Source: Treponemataceae bacterium
Lineage (GTDB): Bacteria; Spirochaetota; Spirochaetia; Treponematales; Rectinemataceae
Assembly (NCBI GenBank): GCA_963678065.2
Contig: CAXXVZ010000002.1
Coordinates: 576,001-640,000 of the forward strand
Reading direction: 5' to 3'
Length of the DNA stretch: 64,000 nucleotides
The notes beneath the pieces were generated by a model. That model was not told where the DNA came from. It saw only the letters and a program-made list of their open reading frames with translations, and searched no databases. Shown piece after piece: positions 59,285 through 64,000 of this stretch (positions are counted from its first letter, which is position 1; every line of letters begins with the position of its first letter). The position numbers and the translations under genes were made by a program.

Positions 59285-60447
59285 TGAACGTAGCGCGCAC
59301 AAAACTGTTTCTCCTCCTGTGTCTCTTGTCGCAGGCCTTTACTGCCGCTGTCTTCGCCGAGGAAGATGAAACCCTTTTTCGGTTTTCCGGTTCGGTTCTG
59401 AATCAGACAGGATATATCGGCCTCCGTGGCGATATACCTGACGCTGCCGCCAGCGACTGGTATTCCCTTACCTCCGCGCGGGTGAGTTTCGGAAAAAACA
59501 GTGGACAGGGGCGCTTTCGCGCCGAGCTGTGGACGAGCTATGACAGCGTCATGGGCCGATGGGATCTTTCCCTGGACGAAGCCTGGGGCGAGTGGCGCCC
59601 CGGGCCCTTCCTTGCGGCGCGTCTGGGGCGCTCGCGGTTGCAGTTTGGTCCCTGTATAGCATTCAATCCGGCCAACTCTTTTGTCACTCGCAACATTTTT
59701 GACTCGCGTTCCAATAAAGCCGGGCAGGACGGTCTCTCGCTGGAAATCCTTCCCCTGCTGGTCGCGGGGGAACAGGATCTACCCGTTTCCCTTGTCATGA
59801 ATGCATCATTTATTCTGCCCGGAGATTCGCTGGAGCAGGGTGCTTCCGCGGGGCCGTACGATATTGAAGAATCAAGCGCGCTGGGGCGGATCACGGCCTA
59901 TCTACCCGGCACCGGTGTTCTAGGCCCGACCGAACTCGGGCTTTCCGGCGATCTCCGCCGCCTGGGTGTTACCGGAGTAAGGGGGTATCCTCCCTTTGCT
60001 GCGGGGGCCTGGCTCAGTGCCGATATAGCGGGCTTTGTATTTGGGACTGAAGGGGCAATCAGAAGTTCCGGGTACAGATCGGCCTCCGTGGCAGGCGCGG
60101 CAGTCACAGCCCAGGCCGATGGCAATCCCGAATATGAGTTCGCCTTCAGCCTGAACCGGAAAATAGGCAACTTTTGGGCGATTCTGGAAAGCGACTACAA
60201 CAGTTCAAAGGACAAATGGCTGGGGTTTGCCCAGCTCTCCCGAACCATCGAGGATATGAATCTTTCGGCGTCCGGCCTTATGGATTTCGACACCTTAGCG
60301 GCCCGCACGGCCATTGAAGCGGCATGGGACCTCACCGACTTTCTGGTACTGCGTATGCAGCTGTCCTGGAATTATCTGCCTGAAAAATGGGATGAAGACC
60401 TTCCCTCAGTCTATGCAGCCGGACTCGCGCTCGAGTGCTTCTTTTAA
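59281..60447 (+). CDS. Secreted hypothetical protein, probable outer-membrane beta-barrel
   Basis: Signal peptide, alternating amphipathic segments, 'LGRSRLQFG...FNPAN', terminal Phe. Confidence 0.65.
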   Translation: MMNVARTKLFLLLCLLSQAFTAAVFAEEDETLFRFSGSVLNQTGYIGLRGDIPDAAASDWYSLTSARVSFGKNSGQGRFRAELWTSYDSVMGRWDLSLDEAWGEWRPGPFLAARLGRSRLQFGPCIAFNPANSFVTRNIFDSRSNKAGQDGLSLEILPLLVAGEQDLPVSLVMNASFILPGDSLEQGASAGPYDIEESSALGRITAYLPGTGVLGPTELGLSGDLRRLGVTGVRGYPPFAAGAWLSADIAGFVFGTEGAIRSSGYRSASVAGAAVTAQADGNPEYEFAFSLNRKIGNFWAILESDYNSSKDKWLGFAQLSRTIEDMNLSASGLMDFDTLAARTAIEAAWDLTDFLVLRMQLSWNYLPEKWDEDLPSVYAAGLALECFF

Positions 60448-60458
60448 AGGACGATAGC

Positions 60459-61769
60459 ATGGAATCGCTTAAGTTTATTTTTTACCTGGCCTGGCGGAAT
60501 GTCATCCGGTACCGGAAACGGACCCTCCAGTCCTTTCTGATCCTCTTTTGCGGGGCGTTCTGTATAATGGTGGTCGATGCCTATATGAAAGGATATGCGG
60601 CGTCATCCAGCGAACGCATCGTAAGCCAGTGCGGCCATATCGATGCCCATGCATCGGGCTATCTGGATTCAGCGGAGGCCATGCCCCTGGACCTCGCCAT
60701 TGTCGATGCGGACTCCGTGATGGAAAAGATGCTGACTTCCGCCAGTGCCAAAACCTCACCTGGAGTGCGGCCCATTTTGGCTCCGTCGATTGAGACCGGC
60801 TGCATGCTTTCCAACGGTGAACTTTCCCGGTCGGCAAACGTCTATATCACGGAAGCCTTTGCCCGCTCCCTTCCGGGGGAAAAGATCCAGGTCAATCCGC
60901 TGCTCGCCGATGCCCAGTCCGCCATTGTCTCCGGACATTTCTACAGGAACGCTTCGGAACGGGGGGTTCTCCTGGATGAAAAGTACGCCCGCAAACTTGG
61001 GCTTTCAGAAGGTGATTCCCTCATCCTGCTCGGAAATGATTCTTTCGGCTCCTTCTCCATGCTGGAGATCGAAATCATCGGCATAGTCCGCGAGGCCTTC
61101 CTCCCCGGAGAAGCCGGCTGTGTGGTGGATCCGGTCAGTTTTGCCCCTGCCTTCGGATTGGAAGGAATGGCCACCGCAATCTCCCTGTGGTTTGTTTCCG
61201 GAGACAATGCACACATGGCGGAAAGCGGGGCCGAACCCCTCGCCGTTGCAGAAGTCATGACGGCGCTGGAAGCCGATACGGGACTGAAGCTTCGCCCCTT
61301 CTCGGTCATCTCCGCAAGTTATGCGGCTATGTTTGAATTCCTGGATATCTTTCTGGCGGGGATGATGGCGGTCTTTGCCCTGGTCGCCGGTGTCGGTATG
61401 ACCAACGCCATTCTCCTTTCGGTACAGGACCGCGTAAAGGATCTCGGGACACTCAGAGCCATTACCCTCTCATCGCGGCAGGCAGGCCTGTTGATATATG
61501 CTGAAACCTTCATTACCGGGCTTGCCGCCGCTCTCAGCGCGCTCTGCCTGGGAAGCCTGACTATCTGGATAATGGACGTTACTGGTTTTGGCATCACGTT
61601 CGAGCTTTCGGACATGGCTTCAGCCCTTCCCGATTCAATCAGGCCCAGCCTCTTCCCCCTGCGTCTGTTGGTCATTGCTGGCGTGAGCGCGGTTTTCCCG
61701 ATCGTGGCGGCAATCTTGCCGGCCCGCACCGCGCAGAAACTGACAATCCGGGAGTGCTTCAGTTCCTGA
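60459..61769 (+). CDS. ABC transporter permease, FtsX/LolC-like (second copy)
   Basis: 'LAWRNVIRYRKRT', 'DRVKDLGTLRA', C-terminal TMs. Confidence 0.88.
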   Translation: MESLKFIFYLAWRNVIRYRKRTLQSFLILFCGAFCIMVVDAYMKGYAASSSERIVSQCGHIDAHASGYLDSAEAMPLDLAIVDADSVMEKMLTSASAKTSPGVRPILAPSIETGCMLSNGELSRSANVYITEAFARSLPGEKIQVNPLLADAQSAIVSGHFYRNASERGVLLDEKYARKLGLSEGDSLILLGNDSFGSFSMLEIEIIGIVREAFLPGEAGCVVDPVSFAPAFGLEGMATAISLWFVSGDNAHMAESGAEPLAVAEVMTALEADTGLKLRPFSVISASYAAMFEFLDIFLAGMMAVFALVAGVGMTNAILLSVQDRVKDLGTLRAITLSSRQAGLLIYAETFITGLAAALSALCLGSLTIWIMDVTGFGITFELSDMASALPDSIRPSLFPLRLLVIAGVSAVFPIVAAILPARTAQKLTIRECFSS

Positions 61770-62568
61770 GAATCGCAACCCGCGCGGAATCCGCACTTTC
61801 CGGCGAATCGCAGGGATTGGAGATAGCAAGAAGCCTGAAACCTTGGCGTTCTACGATGGGCCTGCTCATAGGGCTCGCATCAATCGAGAGGAAGCGATAC
61901 CCCCGGGCAATCGCCTCCTTGGCTCGTGCCGCGAGGACAGCCGTGTAGATACCGCGTTTCCGGTATGGTTCCAGTGTTGCACCGCCCCAAATACTCGCAA
62001 AAGGCGATCGCTCAGGAAAATCGATGCGGGCCGCACAGACAGGCTTGCCCTCGGCATACGCGACCCAGGCGCTCATGCGGTCGGGCTCATCGCGCAGAGT
62101 ATCGGCGATCACTTTCATCCAGATTCCGTTATCCCCGGGCCAAGCCTCAGCATTTACCGCGGCGTAATCCTCAAGCCCTTTGGCATCGACAACTTTACGG
62201 ACATCGTGGGTATGATCCGCGACAAGATCCGGGGGCAGGTTTCCCAGATTGAGAGCCATGACGGCCTCATCGTCGCCGACCGTAAAGCCATGCGAGGCGA
62301 GTCGCAATTTGAGATCAGCCGGACGATCATGGGAATACAGCTTCCATTCGAAACGCAGGCCGAGTTTGGAAAAATATGAAAGCTCTCCATCTATGACTGC
62401 GTCAGCATCGGCCTCAGAGAGATCCGAATGGATAACAAAACTGTGCCCTCTCGGATCGAGACTGATCATCCGCAAAATTTTCCCTGCTTTTTCCCGGCGA
62501 CATCGAATATAGTCAGCCTCCAGGCGCTCGTAACGATCATACAGCTCAAGCATCTCGCTAGTGTTCAC
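61759..62568 (-). CDS. GNAT-family N-acetyltransferase
   Basis: Acetyl-CoA motif 'TLEPYRKRGIY', 'DASPMSRPIVERQGF'; GGAGGG before GTG 62568. Confidence 0.88.
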   Translation of the reverse strand: MNTSEMLELYDRYERLEADYIRCRREKAGKILRMISLDPRGHSFVIHSDLSEADADAVIDGELSYFSKLGLRFEWKLYSHDRPADLKLRLASHGFTVGDDEAVMALNLGNLPPDLVADHTHDVRKVVDAKGLEDYAAVNAEAWPGDNGIWMKVIADTLRDEPDRMSAWVAYAEGKPVCAARIDFPERSPFASIWGGATLEPYRKRGIYTAVLAARAKEAIARGYRFLSIDASPMSRPIVERQGFRLLAISNPCDSPESADSARVAILRN

Positions 62569-62711
62569 GTACTCCCTCCATTGCTTGTCATCGATTCTCG
62601 CGAAACTTCCGCCCAACATACGCTTGACCGGCGGAAGCTTGTCCCCCAAGTCCGGTTAACCCGATTGTTCGATGTCTATTCCTTTTTTAAAGGCACCATG
62701 ATCGACGATAT

Positions 62712-63134
62712 TTACTTTATCCTCTTCGCGATTGGGTGCTCCTCATTTAATTGAAGCAAATCCCATAAATTCCCATAAAGATCTTCGAAAACCGCGACCA
62801 TCCCATAATCGGCCTCTTTGGGTTGTCTAACGAACTTGATTCCTTTTGAAATCATGCTATCATAATCTCTCCAGAAATCATCTGTATTAAGAAATAAAAA
62901 GACTCTTCCGCCTGACTGGTTCCCTATATACGCCTCTTGTTCCGGTTTGGAAGCCTTGGCAATTAGTAGCGTTGTTCCTACAGATCCAGGTGGTGAAATT
63001 ACCACCCATCGCTTATCATGTTCCGGCTGATAAGTATCTTCGATAAGAACAAAGTTTAGCTTGTTTACATAAAAATCTATTGCTTCATCGTAATCTCTTA
63101 CGACTATCGCGATGTGTACGATTGACTGCTTCAT
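62712..63134 (-). CDS. VOC/glyoxalase-family protein
   Basis: 'HIAIVVRDYDEAIDFY', 'VAVFEDLYGNLWDL'. Confidence 0.92.
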   Translation of the reverse strand: MKQSIVHIAIVVRDYDEAIDFYVNKLNFVLIEDTYQPEHDKRWVVISPPGSVGTTLLIAKASKPEQEAYIGNQSGGRVFLFLNTDDFWRDYDSMISKGIKFVRQPKEADYGMVAVFEDLYGNLWDLLQLNEEHPIAKRIK

Positions 63135-63279
63135 ACGACACCCCCTTGAATATGTCTTATGGCATGAATCGAATATGTCAGCGCATTATTTCATTTCCTT
63201 CTGGCGAGGGGAGACTCGTCCTCCCGAGTCACGTCGAAACGGTTGCTAGACTTCATCGATGTCGTAGATTGGTCACGGA

Positions 63280-63999
63280 TTAATTTATCAAGAAATCAAT
63301 CGCTCGCTCAGCGATTGAGCGATTCTGAATCAAAGACAGATGGTTACGACCTTCGTTCAGGCTGATGTCAATCGCCTGTGCCGCAGCTGGACACTCTTTA
63401 TTGAGGGCTTCTTTAAATTTCAGCGCGGCCTCTGGCGCTATATGTGTGTCTATAGTGCCAAGCTCCAGGTGCATAGCTGGTGCACGGAAATACGCAGCCC
63501 TATTCGTCATTGGATTCAGGTGCTTGTATAACCACTCTCCAAAAGGAGTTGGCTTACCTTGTTCTATGATTTTTTTATTATCCAGCACATCAGTCATGCC
63601 AGGACGTGTCCAGTCAGGTGTTGATGCAATTGCAGCCACCTTGCTGATTCTTTGATCGATTCCTGCAAGGGCAATTGCAATATCGCCTCCCATTGATACC
63701 CCACCAGCAACTACATTGCCATTAAGATTATACGTACGTATTGCCCAATCAATAATTCGGTATGTGTCAAGCGTTGTGATCCCCAGAATTGGCCACATAA
63801 TCGCACGAAAGTCCTTAAAAACACGAGTTCTGATGCTCGGATTTTTAGTACCTGTACGGTCGCCGTGTTGCCAAGGATCGAGACTGAGAGCAACGTATCC
63901 GGCTGAAGCAAGTTGCTGAAGCTCATGAATCCCTGTTTCTTTATTTCCACCAAGATAAGGTATCCATACAGCGAGCGAACCGTTGGCAACACTCTCGTT
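63280..63999 (-). CDS. Alpha/beta hydrolase (esterase-like), 5' end outside the window
   Basis: Nucleophile elbow 'GVSMGG'; frame stays open from 63798 to the window end (…GYVALSLDPWQHGDR…), so the ORF-track start is internal. Confidence 0.85.
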   Translation of the reverse strand, partial: NESVANGSLAVWIPYLGGNKETGIHELQQLASAGYVALSLDPWQHGDRTGTKNPSIRTRVFKDFRAIMWPILGITTLDTYRIIDWAIRTYNLNGNVVAGGVSMGGDIAIALAGIDQRISKVAAIASTPDWTRPGMTDVLDNKKIIEQGKPTPFGEWLYKHLNPMTNRAAYFRAPAMHLELGTIDTHIAPEAALKFKEALNKECPAAAQAIDISLNEGRNHLSLIQNRSIAERAIDFLIN

Positions 64000-64000
64000 T

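Noticed and set aside
63711..63992. Apparent frameshift or separate ORF at the window end
   Set aside because: The hydrolase frame is open continuously to 63999, so no frameshift is needed.
1..64000. CRISPR arrays, tRNA/rRNA, prophage, retron or other defence systems
   Set aside because: No regularly spaced repeats, RNA-gene signatures, cas, reverse transcriptase, integrase or phage genes were recognised.

Overview
Bacterial chromosomal window, probably from a diderm anaerobe of the Spirochaetota (inferred from a TP0789/LolA-like gene and signal-peptidase-I type binding proteins; not certain). It is a mosaic of nutrient-uptake and catabolic cassettes. (1) 0.7-14.6 kb: GH38 alpha-mannosidase, TIM-barrel protein, unknown enzyme, sugar ABC transporter and AraC regulator. 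(2) 17.9-27.4 kb: second sugar-type ABC transporter with a YesM/YesN-like two-component system, an M14 peptidase and an FAD oxidoreductase. It lies between two diverged copies of a ~0.7-kb segment that have decayed reciprocally. (3) 31.8-40.1 kb: CitA/CitB-like pair, two DUF6305-like proteins, a non-canonical GGT-like hydrolase, a permease, an uncalled 49-aa membrane protein and a membrane-anchored deacylase. (4) 40.3-54.7 kb: ~14.5-kb cargo between two near-identical 518-bp direct repeats with IS debris at both ends. It carries a sigma-54 activator, two divergent sigma-54 promoters, M20 and C26 hydrolases and oppABCDF. (5) 56.3-61.8 kb: Lol-like ABC operon with a structured leader that has a terminator/antiterminator switch (candidate tandem riboswitch). 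No rRNA, tRNA, CRISPR array or prophage was seen. Family assignments come from motif recognition, not database searches.
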